This document shows, in pieces, positions 1 to 13,194 of a stretch of DNA of 64,000 nucleotides. The notes under the pieces are model-generated. The model had not been told where the DNA came from, made no database searches, and was given only the letters and a program-made list of their open reading frames with translations. Made by a program: the position numbers and the translations under genes. Position 1 is the stretch's first letter; each line of letters opens with the position of its first letter. Origin of the DNA: Eledone cirrhosa (lineage: Eukaryota); contig OZ024764.1 of assembly GCA_964016885.1 (NCBI GenBank), positions 9,300,001-9,364,000 of the forward strand, read 5' to 3'.

Positions 1-217
1 TTTTTGTTTAATATAAGGAACTGTTTCATTGTTTTATTCATTATTTGTTTAATATTTTATCTTGACTCTGTATACCGTTTATCTTTCACCGAAAGTGATT
101 TTTCATTACATCTCTTCTTTCCATGATATCCGGAATACATTGAGTTCTTCATACGGATTGGACACTACCGTAAACTCTTGGTAGATTTATCTACATAATA
201 TATATATATATATATAT

Positions 218-578
218 ATCGATCAATTTTCATCAAATCGGACCGAGGAAAGAATGTTTCCGTTGGTCTTTCCAATTACTAATACTATCTATCGGTCGCA
301 ACTCCAGGTAGAAGGAGCAATGTGAAATAAAGTGTTTTGCTCAAGGACATAACGCATCGCCTGGTCCAGGAATCGAACTCACAACCACAAGATTGTGAAT
401 CCAATTCTCTAACCACTCAGCCACACACCTTCACAATAGATTAGCAAATTTTAATAAGTAGGGAGGAGTTGAATAAAGCCATGGTGTTGGTGGTGGTGGT
501 GGTGGGGTGTCTGAAAAATGAATAAGCAATGGGAAGGGACGATTATTTGATACCTGAGAGTACATACCTACCTACATG
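218..578. repeat. About 360-bp composite repeat (diverged tRNA-SINE plus flanks); near-identical inverted copy at 57996-58356
   Basis: Direct sequence comparison of the two blocks. Confidence 0.85.
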
Positions 579-627
579 TGTATATATATATACATACATC
601 CACATATATACATATATCCACACACAC

Positions 628-850
628 ACATCATCATCATCATCATCAGGTTTAGCGTCCGTGTTCCACGCTTGCATGGGTTTGGACGGGGGTTTTCCCA
701 CTTGAGGCAAGAGTGGTTGTCTTGCTCGCATAGGACTGTCTGGCGGATTTTCTACAGTTGGATGCCCTTCCTAACACCAACCACATTTACAGTGTGGGGC
801 TGGGAGGTTTTTACCGTGTTGCCTACACGGCCACATTACAGCGTGGACTG
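628..850 (-). mobile_element. 5'-truncated 3' end of RTE LINE family A
   Basis: Matches the 3'UTR and (GAT)n tail of the RTE copies at 16857-17812 and 39922-42484. Other copies at about 15250-15425, 19598-20083, 29245-29510, 43732-44107, 56880-57132 and 59300-59412. Confidence 0.8.
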
Positions 851-941
851 ATACTTCCATATACATATCAGACAGACACAAACCAATCAGTGATGGAATG
901 TTGAACATTTTTATTTCTTTATATACATATATTTTTTTAGG

Positions 942-975
<34 letters not shown>

Positions 976-1014
976 AATATATACACATGCACATATATAT
1001 ACATACATTCATAC

Positions 1015-1100
<86 letters not shown>

Positions 1101-1418
1101 ATATATATATATATATACATGTATATATATGTATGTGTATATATAAATACGTATATATATATGTGTGTGTATATATATATATATATATTAAATATATAAA
1201 TATATATATATATAAATAGATAAATAAATGCCATTGTTAAATAATAAATAAATCAAGTAATACCTCAACACTTCACACAAAGTAAAATATTTCGTTTTAA
1301 TCATTTTCTAACCCAGAAAAAAGAGAGAGAAATTGTCTCTTTCTCCCTGTTTTCATATATATTTAAATAAAATCAAGAAAAACAATGAAGGGATGGGGCA
1401 AGGGTGGGTCGGTGTTGA

Positions 1419-1432
1419 GTTGTCATGGCAAC
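1419..1432. promoter_or_regulatory. RFX X-box-like motif
   Basis: GTTGTCATGGCAAC, one mismatch from the palindromic X-box GTTGCCATGGCAAC, in a non-repetitive island. Confidence 0.4.
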
Positions 1433-1825
1433 AGGTGTCCTGGAATCACAGCAAATGGACAGTGTATAGATATTAGGGTAATATAGGGGGTTAGGGCTTG
1501 GGAGGTGTGCTTGAAGACTTTACCTACACCGCCCTACCAGGAATACATGTGCAAAAAATAAGACACACATATATATATAAATATATGTATGTATTTATAT
1601 ATATATATATACATATATACATATACAGATATCTATATATACACATGTATATACACACACATATATATATACATGTATATATGCACACATATATATACAC
1701 ACACACATATATATATATATATATATTAGAGTGAAGGTATAAAATAATTGTTTACCAGAAAATGTATAAAAAAAGGGTGTTAATTCAAATGTTTAAAGTA
1801 TCTTCACTTGTTGAGAGATCATTGT

Positions 1826-2643
1826 CAAAATTTACAGTATTACAGTAAAGACTTTAATATTTAATGTGATGTAGTCATAGTGTTGTTTTGTACTAAATGT
1901 CTATAGTATCTTTACTGGTGGACAGATTGTTGGGAAATTTTAAAGTATTACAGTAAAGACTTTAATATTTAATGTGATGTAGTCATAGTGTTGTTTTGTA
2001 CTAAATGTTTATATTATCTTTACTGGTGGACAGATTGTTGAGAAAATTTAAAGTATTACAGTAATGACTTTAATATTTAATGTGATGTAGTCATAGTGTT
2101 GTTTTGTACTAAATGTTTATAGTATCTTTACTGGTGGACAGATTGTTGTGAAAACTTACAGTATTACAGTAAAGACTTTAATATTTAATGTGATGTAGTC
2201 ATAATGTTGTTTTGTACTAAATGTTTATAGTATCTTTACTGGTGGACAGATTGTTGTGAAAACTTACAGTATTACAGTAAAGACTTTAATATTTAATGTG
2301 ATGTAGTCATAATGTTGTTTTGTACTAAATGTTTATAGTATCTTTACTGGTAAACAAATTGTGAAAATTTACAGTATTACAGTAAAGACTTTAATATTTA
2401 ATGTGATGTAGTCATAGTGTTGTTTTGTACTAAATGTTTATAGTATCTTTACTGGTGGACAGATTGTTGTGAAAACTTACAGTATTACAGTAAAGACTTT
2501 AATATTTAATGTGATGTAGTCATAGTGTTGTTTTGTACTAAATGTTTATAGTATCTTTACTGGTAAACAAATTGTGAAAATTTACAGTATTACAGTAAAG
2601 ACTTTAATATTTAATGTGATGCAATCATAATGTTGTTTTGTAA
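1826..2643. repeat. Tandem repeat, 108/105-bp unit, about 7.5 copies, just 3' of the ARMT1 stop
   Basis: GTATTACAGTAA recurs at 1837, 1945, 2053, 2161, 2269, 2374, 2482 and 2587. Confidence 0.95.
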
Positions 2644-2829
2644 TTTTCAATTCTTTAAATGTATCACACAGCACTTGCTAAAGCAGTTTCATTTGGTACA
2701 TTTTGTAAAGTTAATTGTTACAAATATAAACATTTTCAAATGAGTAATTTTGCATCATAGAACCAAAAGCGTGCTTTCAGGCTTATTCGTATCAAAAGGC
2801 TTAAAAAGGGTTGATTGGTCAGCTTTTGG

Positions 2830-3784
2830 TCAAGATATTCGGTCAGAGAAAGATATGACTCCCCAGTTTGCGTTAATTAACCAATTGGCGTCAGTGTTGG
2901 ACATTTGTGTCTCTAGCCCCTCCTCCAGTCCGACCACCGTGTCGGACTTGAGTGTTCTCAGGGCACACAGCGGAGCAGGGTGGAAACCTCGTAGGGCGTC
3001 GCAGAAAGGGGTCGTCGTGTCCCAGTTAATGTCTCCGACCAGCTTCCGGTAGTTGAGGTCCCCCTTGAAGATGATAAGGTCACTTTGGGCAATGTCGGCG
3101 TAGAGGTCCGGACATCGGGTTTTCATCTGGTCGAACGTGAAGGGCGACGTCCAGAAGTCGTGCACAACGAACTTCCACGAGCCGTTTTTCAGCCGCTCGG
3201 CCCACCTATGACCGAAAGACGCTGCCACTTTGTTGGTGGTGGTGGTGTTGGTGGAGGAAGGGTCAGAAAGAGAAGCAGAGACTGCAGCGGCGGTGGCGGG
3301 GCTGTTAGACTGCTGCAGCCGGGCCAGAAAAGAGTGGAAGTCCTGTGGCGTCGTGTCTGACACGAACCAGGGGAAGGGCTTGCCGTGGAGATGGATGGTC
3401 GAGGTGAGGCCGGACGAGATAAGGAATTCGGCGAGGCACAAGTCGGTGACCAGTTCATAGCCAGAATTGTCCAAAACTATGTCCACCCTTCCAGCAGGAC
3501 GACACTCACAGCCGCCTCCACCACCTCCACCACTACTACCATGCAGTAAATTCCACACGGCTTTGCTGTCATCGACCAGGATGTTGTTATGGAGGTCACG
3601 AAGGGTGTCCAACAGGCTGTACTCATATTTCACCTCGAGTCCGGCAGATATGGACAGGTCAACCTTGTTACTCCACAATGAGATCTGCATAAGTTGCATG
3701 AAGGCCGCCTGCAGTTCAGTCTTCGAGGAACAGGAAGTGGTGAGGTGCATCCTGGTCAGCAACTCGTTCAGAAACAACAACAAC
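2830..3784 (-). CDS. ARMT1: ARMT1/DUF89 damage-control phosphatase, coding exon 2 (catalytic motifs, stop)
   Basis: Motifs SLWSNKVDLS, DIVLDNSGYELVTDL, PWFVSDTT, FKGDLNYRKL and RTLK. Polypyrimidine-TAG acceptor at 3785. GG+G restores Gly in frame with exon 1, giving a predicted 631-aa protein. Confidence 0.95.
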
Positions 3785-3835
3785 CTACAACAAAGAAGGA
3801 AAGAAAGAAAAAAAAAAATCACCAAAAAAATACTA

Positions 3836-4745
3836 AATAATTGTTTCTACTTTTGGCACAAGGCCAGCGATTACCCGAGTGCATTACTGGTACTTTATTT
3901 TATCTACCCAGTAAGGATGAAAGGCAAAGTTAACCTCTGCGGGATTTGAACTCAGAATGGCAAGGGCCGTAACTCTATGCGTCAAAGCATAGTAATACAC
4001 AAGCAAAGTAATACACTAAATAATAATAATAAATACTAAATAATAATTGTTTCTACGTTAGGCACAAGGCCAGCAATTACCCAGTATATTACTGGTACTT
4101 TATTTTATCGACCCCGTAAGGATGAAAGGCAAAGCTAACCTCGGCGGGATTTGAACTCAGAAGGTAAAAGGCCATAACTCTATGCTGCAAAGCATGGCAG
4201 CCGACCCTCTAGGCACAAGGTCAGCAACTTTGGAGGAGAGGGGGAAAAATGATTAAATGAATCCCCAGTACATTACTGGTACTTTATCAACCCTGTAAGG
4301 TTGAAAGACAAAGCTAAACTTGGCAGGATTTGAACTCAGAATGTAAAGGGGCGTAACTCTGTGCCACGAAGTATGTTGTCCGACGCTCTACCGATACTTG
4401 GGGGGGGGGAGGAGAGGAGAAAGCCATTTAAATTGACCCCAGTACGTTACTGGTGCTTTATTTTATCAACCCTGTATGGATGAATCGCAAAGCTAACCTC
4501 GGCTGGATTTGAATTAAGAATGTAAAGGGCCATAACTCTATGCTGCAAAGCATGGCTCCGACCCTCTAGGCACAAGGTCAGCAATTTCGGGGGGAGGGGT
4601 TGATTAAATCAACCCCCAGTACATTACTGGTACTTTATTTTATCAACCCTGTAAGGATGAATGGCAAAGCTAACCTCGGCAGGATTTGAACTCAGAACGT
4701 AAAGGGCCATAACTCTATGCCGCAAAGCTTGGCATCCGACGCTCT
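3836..4745 (-). mobile_element. Tandem cluster of about five tRNA-derived Deu/Nin-type SINE copies (SINE family 2)
   Basis: Minus strand has B-box GAGTTCAAATC followed by GCCTTTCATCCTTACGGGGTCGATAAAATAAAGTACCAG. Other copies at about 15730-15915, 16395-16505, 31595-32005, 38725-38940, 47335-47470, 57185-57468 and 62795-63150. Confidence 0.75.
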
Positions 4746-5252
4746 GATGATAATGAAATAAATCCTCATCCTCATTTTACGTCTGTTTTTGACCCATCAA
4801 ACCCATGTTGGCATGGGTTTGATGGACCCTACTCAACACGATACCTCTCCTTGGTTTTCCTCTACTGCAGCTTCCTTCTACTTGTCATGTCCCTTTGTCA
4901 TTTCCCCTGTGAGGTTCACAAATTCAAGATCTGCTCTCATCACCTCTGCTCAGGCCTTCCTTCCACTGGGACTAAAATATATTTTTTAATATAACCCGTC
5001 AATCCGCCCTACCCATCAAAGTTGGACACTAAGCGACGAGGTTGATGATATATTTATGTGTGTATATCATCATCATCGTTTAACGTCAACCTTCCACGCT
5101 AGCATGGGTTAGACGGGTTAGACATTTGAGGCAAGGCTGGTCGGGTAACCGTGTCTCGCTCATATAGGGCTATCTGGCAGGTTTTCTACGGCTGGATGCC
5201 CTTCCTAACACCAACCACATTTACAGTGTGGACTGGGAGGTTTTTACCGTGT

Positions 5253-8200
5253 TACCTACACGACCACATTACAGCGTGGACTGTGTGTTTGTTTGTCGTG
5301 ACACCTACACGGCTACATTACAGCGTGGACTGTGTGTGTTTTTGTTGTGACACCTACACGGCCACATTACAGCGTGGACTGTGTGTGTTTTTTTGTTGTG
5401 ACACCTACACGACCACATTACAGCGTGGACTGTGTGTTTGTTTGTTGTGACACCTACACGGCCACATTACAACGTGGACTGTGTGTTTGTTTGTCGTGAC
5501 ACCTACACGGCTACATTACAGCGTGGACTGTGTGTGTTTTTGTTGTGACACCTACACGACCACATTACAGCGTGGACTGTGTGTGTTTTTTTGTTGTGAC
5601 ACCTACACGACCACATTACAGCGTAGACTGTGTGTTTGTTTGTCGTGACACCTACACGACCACATTACAGCGTAGACTGTGTGTTTGTTTGTCGTGACAC
5701 CTACACGGCCACATTACAGCGTGGACTGTGTGTTTGTTTGTTGTGACACCTACACGGCTACATTACAGCGTGGACTGTGTGTTTTTTTGTTGTGACACCT
5801 ACACGACCACATTACTGCGTAGACTGTGTGTTTGTTTGTTGTGACACCTACACGGCCACATTACAACGTGGACTGTGTGTTTGTTTGTCGTGACACCTAC
5901 ACGGCTACATTACAGCGTGGACTGTGTGTGTTTTTGTTGTGACACCTACACGGCCACATTACAGCGGGGACTGTGTGTGTTTTTTTGTTGTGACACCTAC
6001 ACGACCACATTACAGCGTGGACTGTGTGTGTTTTTTTGTTGTGAGACCTACACGACCACATTACAGTGTGCACTGTGTGTTTGTTTGTCGTGACACCTAC
6101 ACGGCCACATTACAGCGTGGACTGTGTGTTTGTTTGTCGTGACACCTACACGGCCACATTACAGCGTGGACTGTGTGTTTGTTTGTTGTGACACCTACAC
6201 GGCTACATTACAGCGTGGACTGTGTGTTTTTTTGTTGTGACACCTACACGACCACATTACAGCGTAGACTGTGTGTTTGTTTGTTGTGACACCTACACGG
6301 CCACATTACAACGTGGACTGTGTGTTTGTTTGTCGTGACACCTACACGGCTACATTACAGCGTGGACTGTGTGTGTTTTTGTTGTGACACCTACACGGCC
6401 ACATTACAGCGGGGACTGTGTGTGTTTTTTTGTTGTGACACCTACACGACCACATTACAGCGTGGACTGTGTGTGTTTTTTTGTTGTGACACCTACACGA
6501 CCACATTACAGTGTGCACTGTGTGTTTGTTTGTCGTGACACCTACACGGCCACATTACAGCGTGGACTGTGTGTTTGTTTGTCGTGACACCTACACGGCC
6601 ACATTACAGCGTGGACTGTGTGTTTGTTTGTCGTGACACCTACACGGCCACATTACAACGTGGACTGTGTGTTTGTTTGTCGTGACACCTACACGGCTAC
6701 ATTACAGCGTGGACTGTGTGTGTTTTTGTTGTGACACCTACACGGCCACATTACAGCGTGGACTGTGTGTGTTTTTTTGTTGTGACACCTACACGGCCAC
6801 ATTACAGCGTGGACTGTGTGTTTGTTTGTCGTGACACCTACACGGCCACATTACAACGTGGACTGTGTGTTTGTTTGTCGTGACACCTACACGGCCACAT
6901 TACAGCGTGGACTGTGTGTTTGTTTGTCGTGACACCTACACGGCCACATTACAGCGTGGACTGTGTGTTTGTTTGTCGTGACACCTACACGGCCACATTA
7001 CAGCGTGGACTGTGTGTTTGTTTGTCGTGACACCTACACGGCCACATTACAGCGTGGACTGTGTGTTTGTTTGTCGTGACACCTACACGGCCACATTACA
7101 TCGTGGACTGTGTGTTTGTTTGTCGTGACACCTACACGGCCACATTACAGCGTGGACTGTGTGTTTGTTTGTTGTGACACCTACATGGCCCCATTACAGC
7201 GTGGACTGTGTGTTTGTTTGTTGTGACACCTACACGGCTACATTACAGCGTGGACTGTGTGTTTGTTTGTCGTGACACCTACATGGCCACATTACAGCGT
7301 GGACTGTGTGTTTGTTTGTCGTGACACCTACACGGCCACATTACAGCGTGGACTGTGTGTTTGTTTGTCGTGACACCTACACGGCCACATTACAACGTGG
7401 ACTGTGTGTTTGTTTGTTGTGACACCTACACGGCCACATTACAGCGTGGACTGTGTGTTTGTTTGTCGTGACACCTACACGGCCACATTACAGCGTGGAC
7501 TGTGTGTTTGTTTGTTGTGACACCTACACGGCCACATTACAGCGTAGACTGTGTGTTTGTTTGTCGTGACACCTACACGGCCACATTACAGCGTAGACTG
7601 TGTGTTTGTTTGTCGTGACACCTACACGGCCACATTACAACGTGGACTGTGTGTTTGTTTGTCGTGACACCTACACGGCCACATTACAGCGTGGACTGTG
7701 TGTTTGTTTGTTGTGACACCTACACGACCACATTACAGCGTGGACTGTGTGTTTGTTTGTTGTGACACCTACACGACCACATTACAGCGTGGACTGTGTG
7801 TTTGTTTGTTGTGACACCTACACGGCCACATTACAGCGTGGACTGTGTGTTTGTTTGTTGTGACACCTACACGACCACATTACAGCGTGGACTGTGTGTT
7901 TGTTTGTTGTGAGACCTACACGACCACATTACAGCGTGGACTGTGTGTTTGTTTGTTGTGACACCTACACGACCACATTACAGCGTGGACTGTGTGTTTG
8001 TTTGTTGTGACACCTACACGGCCACATTACAGCGTGGACTGTGTGTTTGTTTGTTGTGACACCTACACGACCACATTACAGCGTGGACTGTGTGTTTGTT
8101 TGTTGTGACACCTACACGACCACATTACAGCGTAGACTGTGTGTTTGTTTGTCGTGACACCTACACGGCCACATTACAGCGTAGACTGTGTGTTTGTTTG

Positions 8201-10620
8201 TCGTGACACCTACACGGCCACATTACAACGTGGACTGTGTGTTTGTTTGTCGTGACACCTACACGGCCACATTACAGCGTGGACTGTGTGTTTGTTTGTT
8301 GTGACACCTACACGACCACATTACAGCGTGGACTGTGTGTTTGTTTGTTGTGACACCTACACGACCACATTACAGCGTGGACTGTGTGTTTGTTTGTTGT
8401 GACACCTACACGGCCACATTACAGCGTGGACTGTGTGTTTGTTTGTTGTGACACCTACACGACCACATTACAGCGTGGACTGTGTGTTTGTTTGTTGTGA
8501 CACCTACACGACCACATTACAGCGTGGACTGTGTGTTTGTTTGTTGTGACACCTACACGACCACATTACAGCGTGGACTGTGTGTTTGTTTGTTGTGACA
8601 CCTACACGGCCACATTACAACGTGGACTGTGTGTTTGTTTGTTGTGACACCTACACGGCCACATTACAGCGTGGACTGTGTGTTTGTTTGTTGTGACACC
8701 TACACGACCACATTACAGCGTGGACTGTGTGTTTGTTTGTTGTGACACCTACACGGCCACATTACAGCGTGGACTGTGTGTTTGTTTGTCGTGACACCTA
8801 CACGGCCACATTACAGCGTGGACTGTGTGTTTGTTTGTCGTGACACCTACACGGCCACATTACAACGTGGACTGTGTGTTTGTTTGTCGTGACACCTACA
8901 CGGCTACATTACAGCGTGGACTGTGTGTTTGTTTGTCGTGACACCTGCACGGCCACATTACAACGTGGACTGTGTGTTTGTTTGTCGTGACACCTGCACG
9001 GCCACATTACAGCGTGGACTGTGTGTTTGTTTGTTGTGACACCTACATGGCCCCATTACAGCGTGGACTGTGTGTTTGTTTGTTGTGACACCTACACGGC
9101 TACATTACAGCGTGGACTGTGTGTTTGTTTGTCGTGACACCTACACGGCCACATTACAGCGTAGACTGTGTGTTTGTTTGTCGTGACACCTACACGGCCA
9201 CATTACAACGTGGACTGTGTGTTTGTTTGTCGTGACACCTACACGGCCACATTACAGCGTGGACTGTGTGTTTGTTTGTTGTGACACCTACACGACCACA
9301 TTACAGCGTGGACTATGTGTTTGTTTGTTGTGACACCTACACGGCCACATTACAGCGTGGACTGTGTGTTTGTTTGTTGTGACACCTACACGACCACATT
9401 ACAGCGTGGACTGTGTGTTTGTTTGTTGTGACACCTACACGACCACATTACAGCGTAGACTGTGTGTTTGTTTGTCGTGACACCTACACGGCCACATTAC
9501 AACGTGGACTGTGTGTTTGTTTGTCGTGACACCTACACGGCCACATTACAGCGTGGACTGTGTGTTTGTTTGTTGTGACACCTACACGACCACATTACAG
9601 CGTGGACTGTGTGTTTGTTTGTTGTGACACCTACACGGCCACATTACAGCGTGGACTGTGTGTTTGTTTGTTGTGACACCTACACGACCACATTACAGCG
9701 TGGACTGTGTGTTTGTTTGTTGTAACACCTACACGACCACATTACAGCGTGGACTGTGTGTTTGTTTGTTGTGACACCTACACGACCACATTACAGCGTG
9801 GACTGTGTGTTTGTTTGTTGTGACACCTACACGGCCACATTACAGCGTGGACTGTGTGTTTGTTTTTTGTGACACCTACACGGCTACATTACAGCGTGGA
9901 CTGTGTGTTTGTTTGTCGTGACACCTACACGACCACATTACAGCGTGGACTGTGTGTTTGTTTGTTGTGACACCTACACGGCCACATTACAGCGTGGACT
10001 GTGTGTTTGTTTGTCGTGACACCTACACGGCCACATTACAGCGTGGACTGTGTGTTTGTTTGTCGTGACACCTACACGACCACATTACAACGTGGACTGT
10101 GTGTTTGTTTGTTGTGACACCTACACGGCCACATTACAGCGTGGACTGTGTGTTTTTTTTGTTGTGACACCTACACGGCCCCATTACAGCGTGGATTGTG
10201 TGTGTTTTTTTGTTGTGACACCTACACGACCACATTACAGTGTGCACTGTGTGTTTGTTTGTCGTGACACCTACACGGCCACATTACAGCGTGGACTGTG
10301 TGTTTTTTTGTCATGACACCTACACGGCCACATTACAGCATGGACTGTGTGTTTGTTTGTCGTGACACCTACACGGCCACATTACAGCGTGGACTGTGTG
10401 TTTGTTTGTCGTGACACCTACACGGCCACATTACAGCGTGGACTGTGTGTTTGTTTGTCGTGACACCTACACGGCCACATTACAGCGTGGACTGTGTGTT
10501 TGTTTGTCGTGACACCTACACGGCCCCATTACAGCGTGGACTGTGTGTTTGTTTGTCGTGACACCTACACAGCCACATTACAGCGTGGACTGTGTGTTTG
10601 TTTGTCGTGACACCTACACG
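5253..10620. repeat. 49-bp minisatellite, about 109 copies, expanded inside an RTE-A 3'UTR in the ARMT1 intron
   Basis: Unit GTGACACCTACACGGCCACATTACAGCGTGGACTGTGTGTTTGTTTGTC. Flanks 5066-5253 and 10620-10752 are RTE-A 3'UTR sequence. Confidence 0.95.
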
Positions 10621-10992
10621 ATCTCGATCTCTCATTTATTTGGACTGGATGTTGTGGTACCAACTTTACAGAGAAAGGGTGGTGTTGGTGGGAGTGGGAG
10701 GATGGAGTAGGGGCAGTGGGTTGGGGTGTATATTTGGTTAAGAAGTGCCTACTGTATTACTTACTGCGTAGAGTACTGTATATATATAAATATATATGAA
10801 GTGTATATGTATATGTATGATATGTGTATGTATATTACATATATGGTATATGTATATGCATGCAAATATATATATATGTGTGTATATCATTATCATGATA
10901 TGTGCATGTATGTGTGTATATATATATATATATATATTATGCTGGCACCAGAAAACATCCAGCCCACACTGTCAAGTGGACGGGTGGTCTAG

Positions 10993-11572
10993 TATTTATC
11001 TAAAAACCTTCATTAGTTAAGTTATGTTCCAAACACCAACAGTGTCTTTCATTAGAAATATGGTAATGAAAGGGTTAAAGTGTTTATATTTATCTAAACA
11101 CCTTCCATCATAATTTTATGTAAGAACCTTTGTTAAGTTATGTTCCAAACACCAACAGTGTCTTTCATTAGAAATATGGTAATGAAAGGGTTAAAGTGTT
11201 TATATTTATCTAAACACCTTCCATCATAATTTTATGTAAGAACCTTTGTTAAGTTATGTTCCAAACACCAACAGTGTCTTACATTAGAAATATGATAATG
11301 AAAGGGTTAAAGTGTTTATATTTATCTAAACACCTTCCATCATAATTTTATGTAAGAACCTTTGTTAAGTTATGTTCCAAACACCAACAGTGTCTTTCAT
11401 TAGAAATATGATAATGAAAGGGTTAAAGGGTTTATATTTATCTAAAAACCTTCCATCGTAATTTTATGTAAGAACCTTTGTTAAGTTATGTTCCAAACAC
11501 CAACAGTGTCTTTCATTAGAAATATGGTAACGAAAGGGTTAAAGTGTTTATATTTATCTAAACACCTTCCAT
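10993..11572. repeat. 116-bp tandem repeat, about 5 copies
   Basis: GTTATGTTCCAAACACC recurs at 116-bp spacing. The same unit occurs inverted at 55030-55910. Confidence 0.93.
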
Positions 11573-11633
11573 GGCTGACTTGGTACAGCAGGTGTCTGGT
11601 GAAATATGAGAATACCTGTCAGTTCACAAATGA

Positions 11634-12199
11634 ACAACAACACCAACAACAACAAGAACAACGCCCATAATAACAACACCACCACAAACATCAACACCAC
11701 CACCATCACCACCAACAACAACAACAACACCACCAACACCAACACCGACACCACCACCAACACCACCAACAACAACAGCACCACCACCAACACCAATAAT
11801 AACAACACCACCAACACCGCCACCAACAACACCAACACCAACACCAACACCAATAACAACACCGCCACCAACAACACCAATAGCGCCACCAACAACAACA
11901 ACAGCACCACCAATAACAACAACAACACCACCAACAACACCAATACCGCCACCAACAACAACAACAGCACCACCAATAACAACAACAACACCACCAACAC
12001 CGCCACCAACAACACCAACAGCACCACCACCACCAATAATAACAACAACACTACCAACACCGCCACCAACAACACCAACCTTACCACCAACAACAACAGC
12101 AACACCACCACCACCACCAATAACAACACCACCACCACCAACAACAACAGCACCACTACCACCACCACCAATAACAACAACACCACCAACAACAACAGC

Positions 12200-12231
<32 letters not shown>

Positions 12232-12238
12232 CAAACAC
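11634..12238. repeat. (AAC/CAC)n low-complexity tract immediately after the ARMT1 exon 1 donor
   Basis: Imperfect trinucleotide repeat. Confidence 0.9.
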
Positions 12239-12253
12239 TAAATCTTCACTTAC

Positions 12254-13194
12254 CCGTCGACAGCCGGCTGGGAAGACAGCAATGAGTTGTGTTTCTGTTG
12301 TTTAAAGACGTCCAACGTGTTGAGTAAGTCAGTCAATTCCAGTGTTTCCTGCACCCTCCTGTACATGTAGCATTCAACATAGAGCCACGCGGAAGTGAAC
12401 CACGACACACTACCACCACCACCACCAGCGGCGTCAGTATCAGCATCAGTTCCATCACTGCCCTCAGGGCCAGCATCAGAATCGGCACCGATACCAGTAT
12501 TAGCACCATCACTGTGGCCAGCATCAATACCAGTGCTACCACTATTACCGGAACCAGTTCCAGCCCCGCCACTACAACCAGCACCAGTACCAACACCACC
12601 ACTGCGAAGAGTAGCAATACCAACTCCCTGACTGCCACCAACACCAGCACCAGTACCAACACCACCACTGCGAAGAGTAGCAATACCAACTCCCTGACTG
12701 CCACCAACACCAGCACCAGTACCAACACCACCACTGCGAAGAGTAGCAATACCAACTCCCTGACTGCCACCAACACCAGCACCAGTACCAACACCACCAC
12801 TGCGAAGAGTAGCAATACCAACTCCCTGACTGCCACCAGCACCAGCACCAGCACTAACACCGCCACAAGCATCACTGCCGGAAGCTGCTAAATCCATCAT
12901 CTCCATTAAATAGTTGTTCCACAGGTCAACATCAGTGCGGTGATCTTTGAAGGGTTTGAGAGGTTTGTCTGTTTGCACCTCGTTGCGCAGTTTTGACATG
13001 TGGCCTATGATGATCTTCAGTTCGCCACAACCTTGATCTCCGTGTTCAGCCTTCACCTCGTCCTTCATACGGCACAGGGTGTCGGCAATCTTGCTCAGGA
13101 TCACGGGAAGCCTGTCCTTTATCGTCGTGTATGCAAAGGAGTTTCTGTATTTGGCAGACAGGGGTTTCCCTTTCGGTGTTGTCTCGTCAGACAT
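12254..13194 (-). CDS. ARMT1: ARMT1/DUF89 damage-control phosphatase, coding exon 1
   Basis: ORF MSDETTPKGKPLSAKYRNSFAYTTIKDRLPVILSK...WFTSAWLYVECYMYRR...DVFKQQK matches the ARMT1 N-terminus. GG|GTAAGT donor at 12254/12253 (phase 2). Upstream polypyrimidine-CAG acceptor at 13214 implies a further non-coding 5' exon. Confidence 0.95.
12577..12850 (-). repeat. In-frame 66-bp coding repeat (GGSQGVGIATLRSGGVGTGAGV x4) within ARMT1 exon 1
   Basis: Visible in both DNA and translation. Confidence 0.93.

Noticed and set aside
11554-12241. Asn/Thr-rich and Val/Leu-rich ORFs
   Set aside because: Intronic trinucleotide tract; the two ARMT1 exons join in frame without it.
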